From Myxococcales bacterium (lineage in GTDB: Bacteria > Myxococcota_A > UBA9042 > JABWCM01 > BTVJ01): a stretch of 64,000 nt of DNA. Shown piece by piece: positions 17,826-28,277 of this stretch. The stretch spans positions 49,326 to 113,325 of the forward strand of contig BTVJ01000018.1 in assembly GCA_045863395.1 (NCBI GenBank), in the 5' to 3' direction. The first letter of the stretch is position 1. The number at the start of each line of letters is the position of its first letter. The position numbers were made by a program, and so were the translations under genes. The notes under the pieces were generated by a model. The model was not told the DNA's origin, searched no databases, and worked only from the letters and a program-made list of their open reading frames with translations.

Positions 17826-18929
17826 GTGAGCCCGACCAAGCAATCGATCATCGAAGCGCTGCGCACCGTCATCGATCCGGACCTGCGCCGCGACCTCGTG
17901 TCCCTCGGCATGATCCACGACCTCGCCGTCGACGGCGGCCGGGTCAGCGTGCGCGTCGAGCTCACGACCCCGGCCTGCCCGCTCAAGGCGCAGATCCAGG
18001 CGGACGTCGAGCGCGCCCTCCGCGGGGTGCCCGGCGTCACCGAGACGGCGGTGTCCATGTCGGCGCGCACCACGACCAGCCGCGCACCGGAGAAGGCGGA
18101 CCGCCTCCCCGGCGTGAAGAACGTCATCGCCGTGGCGAGCGGCAAGGGCGGGGTCGGCAAGTCGACGGTCGCGGTCAACCTGGCCATCGCGCTGCGGGAG
18201 GCGGGCGCGTCGGTCGGCCTCCTGGACGCGGACATCTACGGCCCGTCGGTGCCCATCATGCTCGGCATGAAGGACCAACGGCCCATGGTGAACGAGCACC
18301 AGCAGATCGTGCCCCCGAACCGGTACGGCATCGACACCATCTCCATGGGCTTCCTGCTCAAGGACACCGACGCGGTGGTCTGGCGGGGCCCCATGCTCGG
18401 CAAGGCGCTCCAGCAGTTCATCGAGGACGTGGAGTGGGGCGAGAAGGACTACCTGGTCGTCGACCTGCCGCCGGGCACGGGGGACGTCCAGCTCTCCCTG
18501 ACCCAGCTCATCCCGGTGAGCGGCACGGTCATCGTCACGACCCCCCAGGACGTCGCCTTCGCCGACGTTCTCCGCGCCATCCGCATGTTCAACATGACCA
18601 ACACCCCCTTGCTCGGGGTGGTCGAGAACATGGCCTTCTTCCGCTGCCCCGACAACGGCAAGGACTACTTCATCTTCGGCGAGGGGCGCACGGCCCAGAG
18701 CTGCGAGCAGTACGGCCTCGAGCTGCTTGCGCGCCTCCCCCTGGATATGGTCGTGGCCCCCAGCGCCGACCGGGGCGTCCCCGCCATCATCGCGGAGCCC
18801 GGCGGCGATCAGGCGACCCGCTACCGCGCCCTGGCGGCCAAGGTGGCCTCCCTCCAGTCCATCCTCAACGCCGAGAAGGCGACCGGACCCAAGTTCGACG
18901 CGTTCTTCGGCGGTCCCGCCAAGGCGTGA
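17826..18929 (+). CDS. apbC: Mrp/NBP35 (ApbC) Fe-S cluster carrier ATPase
   Basis: N-terminal DUF59 (VIDPDL…TTPACP), SGKGGVGKST, DADIYGPS, DLPPGTGD, VENM. SD AAGGAG before GTG 17826. Confidence 0.93.
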   Translation: MSPTKQSIIEALRTVIDPDLRRDLVSLGMIHDLAVDGGRVSVRVELTTPACPLKAQIQADVERALRGVPGVTETAVSMSARTTTSRAPEKADRLPGVKNVIAVASGKGGVGKSTVAVNLAIALREAGASVGLLDADIYGPSVPIMLGMKDQRPMVNEHQQIVPPNRYGIDTISMGFLLKDTDAVVWRGPMLGKALQQFIEDVEWGEKDYLVVDLPPGTGDVQLSLTQLIPVSGTVIVTTPQDVAFADVLRAIRMFNMTNTPLLGVVENMAFFRCPDNGKDYFIFGEGRTAQSCEQYGLELLARLPLDMVVAPSADRGVPAIIAEPGGDQATRYRALAAKVASLQSILNAEKATGPKFDAFFGGPAKA

Positions 18930-18945
18930 CCCCCCGGCGGGGTCA
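18927..18945. terminator. Hairpin between convergent apbC and phoU
   Basis: TGACCCC-CCGGC-GGGGTCA, spanning both stop codons; no U-tract. Confidence 0.35.
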
Positions 18946-19647
18946 GAGCTTGCCCGCGTGGCGAATGTCCGTCCCCTTCACCATGAATACGACCTGCTCC
19001 GCGATGTTGGTGCAGTGGTCGCCGATGCGCTCCAGGAACTTGGCCACCGACTGGATGTGGATGCCCCGCTCGACGGCCGTCGCGTCCTGGGTCATGGTCC
19101 GCAGCAGCGACCGGAAGATCTGGTGGTAGGCCTCATCCACCTCGTCGTCCCGCTCGATGACGACCTGGGCCTTTGCCGCGTCCCGCTCCACGAAGGCGTC
19201 GATGGCGTCGTGGACCATGGACTGGGCCAACGCGGCCGCGCGCCGGATGTCGTCGTAGGGACCGAGGCGCGGCTCCCGCGCCAGATCGACGGCCCGCTCG
19301 CAGATGTTGACCGCCAGGTCGCCGATGCGCTCCAGGTCCGTCACCATCTTGAGGGCCAGCGTGATGAAGCGCAGGTCCGAGCCGAGGGGCTGGCGCTTGG
19401 CCAGGATGAGCAGGCAGAGCTCGTCGGTGTCGATCTCGGCGCGGTTGACCTCCCGATCCACGCGGATGGTGGACCGGGCGAGCGCGGCGTCGCCGTCCTC
19501 CAATGCGCGCACCGCGTCCGAGATCATGCCCTCGACGCGCCCCGCCATCAGCAGGAGCTGGTCGCGCAGGCTCCGCAGCTCCGCCTCGAACTCCCGGTCC
19601 GTGTGCCGCTTCACTCCGCCCCTGTCGCCCGACCCGCTCGTCGCCAT
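18943..19647 (-). CDS. phoU: Phosphate signalling protein PhoU
   Basis: RQPLGSDLR…DLERIGD…LERIGDHCTNIAE. SD AGGAGG. Confidence 0.97.
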   Translation of the reverse strand: MATSGSGDRGGVKRHTDREFEAELRSLRDQLLLMAGRVEGMISDAVRALEDGDAALARSTIRVDREVNRAEIDTDELCLLILAKRQPLGSDLRFITLALKMVTDLERIGDLAVNICERAVDLAREPRLGPYDDIRRAAALAQSMVHDAIDAFVERDAAKAQVVIERDDEVDEAYHQIFRSLLRTMTQDATAVERGIHIQSVAKFLERIGDHCTNIAEQVVFMVKGTDIRHAGKL

Positions 19648-19696
19648 CGTCACCTCCTGCCAGGGCAGGGTAGCCCAGCCCCCCCGCCGTTGCACG

Positions 19697-20464
19697 TCAA
19701 CCGAACTTCCCGGTGATGTACTCCTCGGTCCGCGTGTCCGACGGCGAGGTGAACAGCTTGTCCGTGCGGTCGTGCTCCACCAGCTCCCCCATGAGGAAGA
19801 AGGCCGTGAAGTCCGACACGCGGGCCGCCTGCTGCATGTTGTGGGTCACGATGACGATCGTGTAGTCGTCCTGCAGCGTGTGGATCAAGTCCTCGATGCG
19901 GGCCGTGGCGATGGGATCCAGCGCCGAGCAGGGCTCGTCCATCAGCAGCACCTCCGGGTCCACCGCAAGCGCGCGCGCGATGCACAGGCGCTGCTGCTGG
20001 CCTCCCGAGAGCCCCCCACCCGGCTTGTCCAGGCGGTCGCGCACCTCGTCCCAGAGCGCGGCCTGGCGGAGGGCCCGCTCCGCGATCTCACCCGCGGTGT
20101 CCCGGGACAGGCGCCCCGTGAGCTTCAGGCCGGCGAGCACGTTGTCGCGGATGGACATGCTGGGGAACGGGTTGGGCTTCTGGAACACCATGCCGACGCG
20201 CCGCCGGAGCAGCACCGGGTCGACGTCCGGGCCATAGATCTCCTGCCCGTCCAGCTCCACGCGCCCCGCGACCCGGGCGATGGGCGACAGCTCGTGCATG
20301 CGGTTGATGCAGCGGATGAAGGTGGACTTGCCGCAGCCCGACGGCCCGATGACCGCCGTGACGCGGTTGGCCGGGAGGCTGGCCGTGATCCCCTTGAGCA
20401 CCTGCGCCTGACCGAACCAGGCGTCGAGGCCGGTCACGGCGATCTTCGCGGGGAGCTGCGTCAT
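19697..20464 (-). CDS. pstB: Phosphate ABC transporter ATP-binding protein
   Basis: [46 protein letters not shown]. Confidence 0.97.
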   Translation of the reverse strand: MTQLPAKIAVTGLDAWFGQAQVLKGITASLPANRVTAVIGPSGCGKSTFIRCINRMHELSPIARVAGRVELDGQEIYGPDVDPVLLRRRVGMVFQKPNPFPSMSIRDNVLAGLKLTGRLSRDTAGEIAERALRQAALWDEVRDRLDKPGGGLSGGQQQRLCIARALAVDPEVLLMDEPCSALDPIATARIEDLIHTLQDDYTIVIVTHNMQQAARVSDFTAFFLMGELVEHDRTDKLFTSPSDTRTEEYITGKFG

Positions 20465-20466
20465 GG

Positions 20467-21336
20467 TCACCACTGGATGCGCCGCTGGAGGCGGGCGCGC
20501 AGGAAGATGGCGAAGGAGCTCATCACGAGCAGCGTGACGAGGAGCACCACGATACCCGCCGCGGCGTTGACCTGGAAGGCCTCCTGCGGCCTCGACACCC
20601 AGTTGAAGATCTGGATGGGCAGCACGGTGAACGGCGAGGACAGGGAGTCCGGCAGGAAGGTCACATAGGCCAGCGCGCCGACGACGATCAGGGGCGCAGT
20701 CTCGCCGATGGCGCGGGACAGGGCCAGGATCGCGCCGGTCAGGATGCCTGGCATGGCCATGGGCAGCACGACCTGGCGCACGGTCTCCCAGCGTGTGGCG
20801 CCCAGCCCCAGGGCGGTCTCGCGGAGGATGGGCGGGACGGTGCGCAGGGCCTCCCGGGAGGCGGTGATCACCACCGGCAGCACGAGCAGCGCCATGGTGG
20901 AGCCCCCGGCGAGGATGCTGCGGCCCATGCCGACGGCGCGGACGAAGATCTCCAGCCCGAGCAGCCCATAGATGATGGACGGCACACCAGCGAGGTTGGC
21001 GATGTTGATCTCGATGAGGCGCGCGAGGCGCCCGGTCCCCCCGTACTCCTCCAGGTAGACCGCCGCCGCGACCCCGATGGGAAGTGCGATGAGGGCGGTG
21101 ATCCCGATGAGCGCGAAGCTCCCGACGAAGGCCGGGAGGACGCCGGCCTTGATCGCGTGCCGCGACGGGTAGGAGGTGAGGAAGTCCCAGGAGAGGCGAT
21201 CGAGCCCGGTCACCACGACGTCGCCCACGAGCACGGCGAGGACGACGAGAGGGAGCAGCGCCGCGCCGAGACAGGCGGCGGCGAAGGCGCGCTCGGCGAG
21301 GCGGCCGGCGCGGCGGCTGCGGGGGTCGAGCGACAC
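20467..21336 (-). CDS. pstA: Phosphate ABC transporter permease
   Basis: [27 protein letters not shown]; operon position. Confidence 0.96.
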   Translation of the reverse strand: MSLDPRSRRAGRLAERAFAAACLGAALLPLVVLAVLVGDVVVTGLDRLSWDFLTSYPSRHAIKAGVLPAFVGSFALIGITALIALPIGVAAAVYLEEYGGTGRLARLIEINIANLAGVPSIIYGLLGLEIFVRAVGMGRSILAGGSTMALLVLPVVITASREALRTVPPILRETALGLGATRWETVRQVVLPMAMPGILTGAILALSRAIGETAPLIVVGALAYVTFLPDSLSSPFTVLPIQIFNWVSRPQEAFQVNAAAGIVVLLVTLLVMSSFAIFLRARLQRRIQW

Positions 21337-21337
21337 C

Positions 21338-22240
21338 TCAGGCCCCCAGGCTGCGGCCGCGGAGCCGCTGCGCCGCCGCGTTCATGACGAAGGTCAGCAG
21401 GAACAGCACCATGCCGACCACGAAGATCGTCTGCGACTCGATGGTCCCGCTCGGCACGTCCCCCATGCTCACCTGGACGATGTAGGCGGTCATGGTCTCG
21501 ATGGGCACCCGAGGGTCCAGAGTCAGGCGCGGCTGCTGGCCCGCGGCGATGGCGACGATCATCGTCTCGCCGACGGCGCGGGCCACCGCGAGGGTCACGG
21601 CGGCGACGATGCCGGAGCCGGCGGCCGGGACCACCACGCGGAAGATGGTGGGGATGCGGCCGGCGCCCAGGGCGTAGGACGCCTCCCGGAGGCTGCGGGG
21701 GACGGCGTACAGGGCGTCCTCACTCAGAGACGAGATCATGGGGATGATCATGATCCCCATGACGATGCCGGGCGACAGCGCGTTGAAGCCGGCCAGCCCA
21801 GGGACGAACGATTGGAGCAGCGGGGACACGAACACCAGGGCGAAGTAGCCGTAGACGATGGTAGGGATGCCGGCGAGCAGCTCGATGGCCGGCTTGAGCA
21901 CGGTCCGCACCCGCTCGGGCGCGAGCTCGCTCAGGTAGATGGCGGTCAGCAGCCCGAAGGGGAGCGCCACCACGATGGCGATGCCGGCGGTGAGCAGCGT
22001 GCCGGTCACCAGAGGCCACACGCCGAAGCGCTTCTCCGCGAAGAGCGGTGTCCACTCCGTGTCCAGGAACACGTCGGCCAGGGAGACGTGCTGGAAGAAG
22101 GCCACCGTCTCGAAGAGGAGGACACCGATGATGCCGATGGTCGTCAGCAGGGACACGGCGCCGGACGCGAGCAGCGCGCCCTCGATGACGCGCTCTCGCA
22201 GGCCGCTCGCCCGACTCGGTCCGCCCGCACCCTGCTTCAC
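21338..22240 (-). CDS. pstC: Phosphate ABC transporter permease
   Basis: [19 protein letters not shown]; operon position. Confidence 0.96.
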   Translation of the reverse strand: MKQGAGGPSRASGLRERVIEGALLASGAVSLLTTIGIIGVLLFETVAFFQHVSLADVFLDTEWTPLFAEKRFGVWPLVTGTLLTAGIAIVVALPFGLLTAIYLSELAPERVRTVLKPAIELLAGIPTIVYGYFALVFVSPLLQSFVPGLAGFNALSPGIVMGIMIIPMISSLSEDALYAVPRSLREASYALGAGRIPTIFRVVVPAAGSGIVAAVTLAVARAVGETMIVAIAAGQQPRLTLDPRVPIETMTAYIVQVSMGDVPSGTIESQTIFVVGMVLFLLTFVMNAAAQRLRGRSLGA

Positions 22241-22243
22241 TCC

Positions 22244-23248
22244 CTACTCCTTCGCCAGCAGCGCCTCGACGGTCACCCCGACCGTCGAGCCGCGCCCCTC
22301 GAACACCGAGCCCGTCACGCGCTTGTCGAACCGGGCCTGGGCAAGCTCGTAGGCCTTCGGCGGGAGGGCAACGTAGCCCACCTCACCTACGAGGCCCTGC
22401 CCTGTCGCGCCCAGGTAGCTCTTCACGAACGCCTGCACCTCGGGGCGCTCCGCGTCCTTCTTGGACACGTAGATGAAGATCGGGCGAGACAAGGGCTGGT
22501 ACGTGCCGCCCTTGATGGTCTCGGGGCTGGGGGCCACCGGCGCCGTGCCATTCTTGGGGTCGCCGTCGTCGATGGCGACGGTCTTGAGCTTTCCCTTGTT
22601 CTCGGCGACGTAGGCATAGCCGAAGAAGCCCAGAGCCAGCGGGTCGTTGGCGACCCCCTGGACCAGCACGTTGTCGTCCTCGCTGGAGGTGAAGTCCCCG
22701 CGGCTGGAGTGCTCGACGCCCACGATGGCCTGGGTGAAGTAGTCGTAGGTGCCGCTGTCCACGCCCGCTCCGAACAGGTGGATCTCCTTGTCGGGCCAGC
22801 CCTCGCGCACGTCACTCCACTTCTTCACCGCCCCTTGGGCCTCGGGCGCCCAGAGCTTCTTCAGCTCGGCGACCGTCATGGTCCCGGCCCAGTCATTGGT
22901 CGGGTGGATGACCACCGCGAGGCCGTCGTAGGCGACCGGCAGCTCCACGTAGTCGATGCCCGCCTTGGAGCACGCCTCCACCTCGCTCGGCTTGATGGGC
23001 CGCGACGCCCCCGTGATGGCGACCTCGCCGGCGCAGAACTTCTTGAAGCCACCGCCCGTGCCCGAGACACCGATGGTCACCTTGGCCCCGCCGCCCTTCT
23101 GGAACTCCTCGGCGACGGCCTCGGAGATGGGGTAGACGGTGCTGGAACCATCCACGGTGATGATGGAGCCGGAGCCGGACGCGCTCCTCTTGCAGGCTCC
23201 GGGCGCGAGGGCCAGAGCAGATGCCAGCACCAGTGCGACGCTTCTCAT
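22244..23248 (-). CDS. pstS: Phosphate-binding lipoprotein PstS
   Basis: Lipobox [47 protein letters not shown]. Confidence 0.96.
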   Translation of the reverse strand: MRSVALVLASALALAPGACKRSASGSGSIITVDGSSTVYPISEAVAEEFQKGGGAKVTIGVSGTGGGFKKFCAGEVAITGASRPIKPSEVEACSKAGIDYVELPVAYDGLAVVIHPTNDWAGTMTVAELKKLWAPEAQGAVKKWSDVREGWPDKEIHLFGAGVDSGTYDYFTQAIVGVEHSSRGDFTSSEDDNVLVQGVANDPLALGFFGYAYVAENKGKLKTVAIDDGDPKNGTAPVAPSPETIKGGTYQPLSRPIFIYVSKKDAERPEVQAFVKSYLGATGQGLVGEVGYVALPPKAYELAQARFDKRVTGSVFEGRGSTVGVTVEALLAKE

Positions 23249-23299
23249 GGGACGGACCTCCTCTCGGGGTGTGAGTCGGCGGAAGCCTGCGCCCACCGT

Positions 23300-23326
23300 G
23301 TTGCGGTCCCATGGCGCCTTCGTGAC
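23300..23326 (-). promoter_or_regulatory. Putative Pho box, pstS-proximal
   Basis: Minus strand GTCAC-N6-GCCAT-N6-GCAAC (11-bp phasing), about 50-80 nt upstream of the pstS ATG. Confidence 0.45.
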
Positions 23327-23427
23327 AAGGAGGGGCGCCGCTCCGTGGGTCCCGGCCGGGTCGTCGTCGGGGTCCTTGGATCGCCAGATCCCGCACGCAC
23401 CGGCGCCGCGGAGTCTCTCTGCGCCCT

Positions 23428-23472
23428 GTGACATCCGCGTGACGCCACGGAAACTTGTGACAGCCGTGTGTC
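23428..23472 (-). promoter_or_regulatory. Putative Pho boxes upstream of pstS
   Basis: Plus-strand GTGAC at 23428 and 23439 and GAAAC at 23450 (11-bp phase); second pair GTGAC 23457 / GTGTC 23468. Confidence 0.65.
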
Positions 23473-23490
23473 GGACACCCGGTCTTGGGC

Positions 23491-25233
23491 TCACGGGCGG
23501 GGGAGGGACACCCAGAAGATGGAGCCACGCTCAGGTCCCGGTCGGACGCCGACCCGCCCCCCCATCGCCTCGACCATGTGCTTGACGATGGACAGGCCGA
23601 GCCCCGTGCCGCCCATGTCGCGTGAGCGCCCGGGGTCCACGCGGTAGAAGCGCTCGAAGATCCGGGCCCTGTGCCGGGGTTCGATGCCGGGCCCGTCGTC
23701 CTCCACCTCGATGAGGATGCGGCCCGGCCCCTCAGAGGCCGCCCGAACGACCGCGTGGCCGCCGGCCGGCGTGTACTTGACCGCGTTGTCCAGCAGGTTG
23801 ATCAGCACCTGCTCCAGGCCGCGGGCGTCAGCGAGGGCCTCCAGCGACGGGTGTACCTCGTTGGCGAGGACGATGTCCTTGCGCGCCGCCGCCTGGCCAA
23901 CCGCCCCGGTCGCGGCGGCCACGACCCTGGCCACGGGCACCGGCGCCAGCTCCAGGGTGACGCGGCCCGCTTCGATGCGCGAGATGTCCAGCAGGTCCGA
24001 CACCAGCAGGGAGAGGCGGTCTGCGTGGCGCAGGATGCCGTCGGCGAACTTGCGTCCGCGGGCAGGGTCCTCCATGGCCCCGTCGAGGAGCGTCTCCGCG
24101 TTGGCGCGGATCACGCTGAGGGGCGTGCGCAGCTCGTGGCTCACGTTGGCGACGAAGTCGCGCCGCACCGTCTCCAGTCGGCGAAGCTCCGTGACGTCGT
24201 GGAGCACGAGGACGACGCCGGCCCTGTCACCGAGCGCGGTCCCGCGGGCGAGGACGCGGCGCTGGCCATCGCCCGGAAGCGTCACCTCCACGGAGGCGGA
24301 GCCGGACTCCAACGACCTCGTGGCCAGCTCCTGGAGCGCCGGGAGGCGGATGAGCTCCAGGAGGCTGCGCCCGACCGGCGAGGATCGCGCACCGAGCAGG
24401 GCCACGGCAGACGGGTTGACGTGCTGGACGTGCAGGTCCGCGTCCAGGGCGATCACGGCCTCGGACATGCCGTCGAGGACCGCCTCCGTCAGGTTGCGCT
24501 CCCGTGCGAGGGCGTCGACCACCTCCTCGAGCTCCCGGCCCAGCGCGTCGATGGGGCGGGCCAGGCCCGCCAGCTCGCCCTCCACATAGGGGACACGCCC
24601 ACCGCGGGCCCTGGCGATGGTGCGCGCGGTCTCCACGAGGGCCCGGACCGTGCGCAGGGTCAGGTGCGACGCGATCCAGCTCATGAAGGTCGCGAGCACC
24701 ACGGCCGCCGCCGCGGCGACGACGAGCGCCCGGCGGAGGCTCGCGACGGCCTCCTCCTCGTCGGCGAGCGGGCGCGCGGCGCGGATGACGCGCCGTCCCT
24801 CCGGGGCATCCCACCCGATGGCCACGTAGAGGAGGTCCCGCCCCACCGTCGCGCTCTCCCGACGGGCGGCGCCTCGGCCCTGCGCCAGGGCCTGGTCCAC
24901 CTCGGGCCGCCCCGCGTGGCTCGGGAGGTGGGGGACCTCCCGGTCATCCACGCTCGAATCCGCGATGACGCGGCCATTGCCGTCCATGATCGTGAGGCGG
25001 GTCGCCGACTCCGCGGTCAGGTCGCGGAGAATCGCCCCCAGTGATGCCGTGTCGATGGGCCGGTGGATCAGGAGGGAGCGCACCCCCACCGCCTGGCGCT
25101 CCAGCTCCGCCTCCAGGCGCCCGTGCACCCAGCCTCGCAGCTCGCCCTCCAGGAGCGCGCCGCCACCGAGCAGGACAACGAGCAGCAGGACCGTCGAGAT
25201 GACGAAGAGCCGCCCGCGGATCCCCAGGCTCAC
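23491..25233 (-). CDS. phoR: Phosphate regulon sensor histidine kinase
   Basis: Two TM helices, [31 protein letters not shown]…GGTGLGL. Confidence 0.93.
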   Translation of the reverse strand: MSLGIRGRLFVISTVLLLVVLLGGGALLEGELRGWVHGRLEAELERQAVGVRSLLIHRPIDTASLGAILRDLTAESATRLTIMDGNGRVIADSSVDDREVPHLPSHAGRPEVDQALAQGRGAARRESATVGRDLLYVAIGWDAPEGRRVIRAARPLADEEEAVASLRRALVVAAAAAVVLATFMSWIASHLTLRTVRALVETARTIARARGGRVPYVEGELAGLARPIDALGRELEEVVDALARERNLTEAVLDGMSEAVIALDADLHVQHVNPSAVALLGARSSPVGRSLLELIRLPALQELATRSLESGSASVEVTLPGDGQRRVLARGTALGDRAGVVLVLHDVTELRRLETVRRDFVANVSHELRTPLSVIRANAETLLDGAMEDPARGRKFADGILRHADRLSLLVSDLLDISRIEAGRVTLELAPVPVARVVAAATGAVGQAAARKDIVLANEVHPSLEALADARGLEQVLINLLDNAVKYTPAGGHAVVRAASEGPGRILIEVEDDGPGIEPRHRARIFERFYRVDPGRSRDMGGTGLGLSIVKHMVEAMGGRVGVRPGPERGSIFWVSLPRP

Positions 25234-25934
25234 GAGTCCTCGGCGTCGGGCCGCGAGCGGAAGCGGTAGCCGACGCCCCGGATCGTCTCGACGTAGGCCC
25301 CCGCCTCTCCGAGCTTCTCACGGAGGCGCTTCACGTGCGTGTCCACGGTCCGGGTCGTGATCTCCGCGTCGATCCCCCACACGTCGGACAGCAGCATGTC
25401 CCGGGTCTGCACCCTGCCCCTCCGAACCATGAACGTCGCCAGGAGCCGGAACTCCAAGGCCGTCAGGACGACCTCGTCCTCGTCCACCCAGACCCGGTGC
25501 GCCGCCTGGTCGAGGCGCAGCCGCCCGAAGGACTGCTCACTGGCCGGCTCGTCCGATGGGTGCGCGCGCCGCAGGATGGCCTTCACGCGCAGCAGCAGCT
25601 CCCGCGTGCTGAACGGCTTGACGACATAGTCGTCGGCCCCCACCTCGAAGCCGACGACGCGGTCGATCTCGTCGCTGCGGGCCGTGAGCATCATCACCGG
25701 GACGTGGCGCGTGCGGTCGGCCATACGGAGCCGCCTGCACACCTCCGTCCCGGAGATGTCGGGGAGCATCAGGTCCAGGATCACCAGGTCCGGCGGAGGC
25801 TCCAGGGCGGCCAGGTCCAGCGCCTGGCGGCCGCTGGTGGCGACGCGCGTCCGGAAGCCCTCGCGCTGGAGGTTGTACTCGAGGATCTCGCAGAGGTCGG
25901 CCTCGTCATCGACGAGCAGGATGAGCTGTGTCAT
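25230..25934 (-). CDS. phoB: OmpR-family response regulator PhoB
   Basis: Receiver domain (LVDDE, DLMLP, KPF) plus winged helix (TRTVDTHVKRLR); overlaps phoR. Confidence 0.93.
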   Translation of the reverse strand: MTQLILLVDDEADLCEILEYNLQREGFRTRVATSGRQALDLAALEPPPDLVILDLMLPDISGTEVCRRLRMADRTRHVPVMMLTARSDEIDRVVGFEVGADDYVVKPFSTRELLLRVKAILRRAHPSDEPASEQSFGRLRLDQAAHRVWVDEDEVVLTALEFRLLATFMVRRGRVQTRDMLLSDVWGIDAEITTRTVDTHVKRLREKLGEAGAYVETIRGVGYRFRSRPDAEDS

Positions 25935-25958
25935 GGCAGTCCCCTGTACGCTCCTCCC

Positions 25959-25985
25959 GTGACGGACCCGTGACGGGAGGGAAAC
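25959..25985 (-). promoter_or_regulatory. Putative Pho box upstream of phoB (autoregulation)
   Basis: Plus-strand GTGAC 25959, GTGAC 25970, GAAAC 25981: the same three-unit pattern as 23428-23454. Confidence 0.65.
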
Positions 25986-25992
25986 CGTTTGC

Positions 25993-26580
25993 TCATCGCG
26001 CGCGGGCCGCCCGGATGAGCTCGCGGAGCGCCTCCTTGTCCCCCGTGAAGTCCATGGCGTCGAGCAGGGTGTGGGCCCGGTCGAGGTCGCTGAGCCGTGG
26101 CACGACGAAGGCGGCAGCGTCGATGCGCTCGGTGGAGAACGTGAACACGTCCAGCAGGCGTCGCGCCTGGGCCGTGGTCACGGTCCGATGGTCGAGGGCA
26201 GCTTCGAGCACCGCCTTGCGGTCCGCTGCGAAGCTCGCCCTGCCGAGCTGGCGCACCAGGTCGCTCACCTCGGCGTCTCCGAGCGGCCGGGGGGCCACGG
26301 TGGGCGCGGGCACCATAGCCGGGACGGGGACCGAAACCTGGGGTTGCTCGGCACGGACCGCGAGCTCCAGCTCGGCGAGCCCAAGCTCCGCCTTCTCGAG
26401 CCGCTTGAGCAGCGAGCGGCGCGCCGTCTCGTCCAGCGGCGTCTCCGCGAGGGCCTGCGCGGACACGACCTGTCGGTGGATCTCGCGGATGCGCTCCAGG
26501 AGGGACACACGCTCCGAGGGCGGGCCGGCGGCGAGCGTGGGAGTCAACGCGACCAACGCGACACACAGCATGGCTCGCAT
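25993..26580 (-). CDS. Secreted DUF4476-like protein
   Basis: Signal peptide, coiled coil, C-terminal 'ASF..DR..VL…T.AQ..RLL..F.F..ERI' pattern. TGATG overlap, SD AGGAGG. Confidence 0.7.
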   Translation of the reverse strand: MRAMLCVALVALTPTLAAGPPSERVSLLERIREIHRQVVSAQALAETPLDETARRSLLKRLEKAELGLAELELAVRAEQPQVSVPVPAMVPAPTVAPRPLGDAEVSDLVRQLGRASFAADRKAVLEAALDHRTVTTAQARRLLDVFTFSTERIDAAAFVVPRLSDLDRAHTLLDAMDFTGDKEALRELIRAARAR

Positions 26581-28277
26581 CACACCTCCTGCTCGACCCC
26601 GAGGCGCGGTGTCTCCTCGGGGCCATCCACGGGCAACCTGGCTACGAAGCGTGCGCCACCGAGGGGCGACGCCTCCACGCGGACCGCGCCGCCGTGATCC
26701 GCCACGATTCGCGTCACGATGGCCAGCCCGAGCCCTGTCCCGTGCTCCTTGCGCGTGTAGTAGGGCTCGAACACACGCTCGCGCTCAGAGGTTGGCACGC
26801 CAGGCCCATCGTCGTCCACCGTCAGCGCAACGTGGGCACCGCCGTCCGGTGCCACGCCCACGACCACGCGCCCTCCCGCAGGCGCGACGGCGTCGACGGC
26901 GTTCTGCACCAGGTTGCCCAGCACCTGCGCGAGCAGCTCCCCGTCGGCTCGCACCGTCGGGCACGGTGCCACCTCCGCCGTCACCTCCACCCGTGGGTCC
27001 ACCCCCGCGTAGAGGCGCGCCACCTGCGCCACGAGGGCACCCAGCTCCAGCTCGTGGGGCACGGGCGCGGGGAGCCGCGCGAACCGCGAGAACTCCGTCA
27101 CGATGCGCTTCATCCGCTCCACCTCCTCCAGAATGGTCGACGTCGACTCGGCGAAGATCTCGTCGAAGTCCGGGTGAGCGCGCGCTCGGGCCTTCTGCAG
27201 CGTCTCGATGCTCGTCTGGATGGGAAACAGAGGGTTCTTGATCTCGTGAGCGATGCGCCGCGCCATGTCCTTCCACGCAGCGATGCGCTCGGCGCGGACC
27301 GCCCGCTCCAGAGTCGACTGCCGCGCCCGGGTCATCGTGTCGAAGGCGCCCACCAGGCGACCGACCTCGTCCCGGGAGCCCACGCGGGGCATGGGGACGT
27401 CCAGGTCGCCCTCGGTCACCCGGCGCGCGGCGTCCGCGAGCGCGACCAGGGGCCTCGTGATTCTGCGGGTCAGCAGGGCGCCGAGGAGCACGGCGAGGGC
27501 GGCGGCGACACCGGCCGCTGCCCCGGTGACGCGCAGCAGGGCCCCCTCACGCTCCTTCAGGGACTGCACCGAGACCTCGACTCGCAGGCGAAAGGGGCCA
27601 CCCATGTCCACGTCGGCGCGCTCCCAGCCCTCCCCCGCCGGCGCACCTTCCCCGACGAGGACAGCCCCGTCGGCGTCGAGCAGCACGACCCGCGCCTCCA
27701 CCCCGGCCACCGCGACGAGGTCCCCGAGGGTCGCCTCGTCGAGGACGCGCCCCCCCAGGAGCACGAGGCGCTCTCCTGCCCGGTGCGCCAACTGCAGGGT
27801 GGGGCGGGGAACCAAGGCGCCGTCCCGCTCGAAGTCGGCCCATCGAAGTAGAGGGCCCACCGACGCCACCGCCTGGGGGTCGTCCTCGGCGAGGCCCAGG
27901 CGGTGGCCCAGCGCCACGACCCGGCCGTCGCTGTCGACGAAGGCCAGGAGATCCAGGCCGGGCGCCCCCATGAGGCGGCGGGCCAGGTGGAGCGCCTCGC
28001 GCTCGGCCGCCGGATCTCGCCGCAGGACGCCGCGGGCAAGGTCCTGGTCCACGGCTCGCAGCGCGGGCTCGGCCGCGAGGCGATCCATGGTCGCGCCCAG
28101 CTCCCTCACCATGGCGTCCAGACGAAGGGCCGCTCCCTCCCGCACCCCGGCAACCCGCGCCTCGAAGTCGCGCTGAAACGCGCTGCGCGCCTCGCGAACG
28201 AGGAGCAGGGCGACCACCGCCGGCCCGAGCAGCGCCACCACCACGAAGGCGAGCGTCAGGCGAGTGCGCACGCTCAC
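26580..28277 (-). CDS. HAMP-domain sensor histidine kinase (NtrY-like)
   Basis: Two TM helices, HAMP, AWKDMARRIAHEIKNPL, NLVQNA, DDDGPG, GTGLGL. Confidence 0.9.
   Translation of the reverse strand: MSVRTRLTLAFVVVALLGPAVVALLLVREARSAFQRDFEARVAGVREGAALRLDAMVRELGATMDRLAAEPALRAVDQDLARGVLRRDPAAEREALHLARRLMGAPGLDLLAFVDSDGRVVALGHRLGLAEDDPQAVASVGPLLRWADFERDGALVPRPTLQLAHRAGERLVLLGGRVLDEATLGDLVAVAGVEARVVLLDADGAVLVGEGAPAGEGWERADVDMGGPFRLRVEVSVQSLKEREGALLRVTGAAAGVAAALAVLLGALLTRRITRPLVALADAARRVTEGDLDVPMPRVGSRDEVGRLVGAFDTMTRARQSTLERAVRAERIAAWKDMARRIAHEIKNPLFPIQTSIETLQKARARAHPDFDEIFAESTSTILEEVERMKRIVTEFSRFARLPAPVPHELELGALVAQVARLYAGVDPRVEVTAEVAPCPTVRADGELLAQVLGNLVQNAVDAVAPAGGRVVVGVAPDGGAHVALTVDDDGPGVPTSERERVFEPYYTRKEHGTGLGLAIVTRIVADHGGAVRVEASPLGGARFVARLPVDGPEETPRLGVEQEV

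Noticed and set aside
23249..23494. 82-aa N-terminal extension of PstS
   Set aside because: The lipoprotein signal and a strong SD are at ATG 23248; the upstream region holds the Pho boxes.
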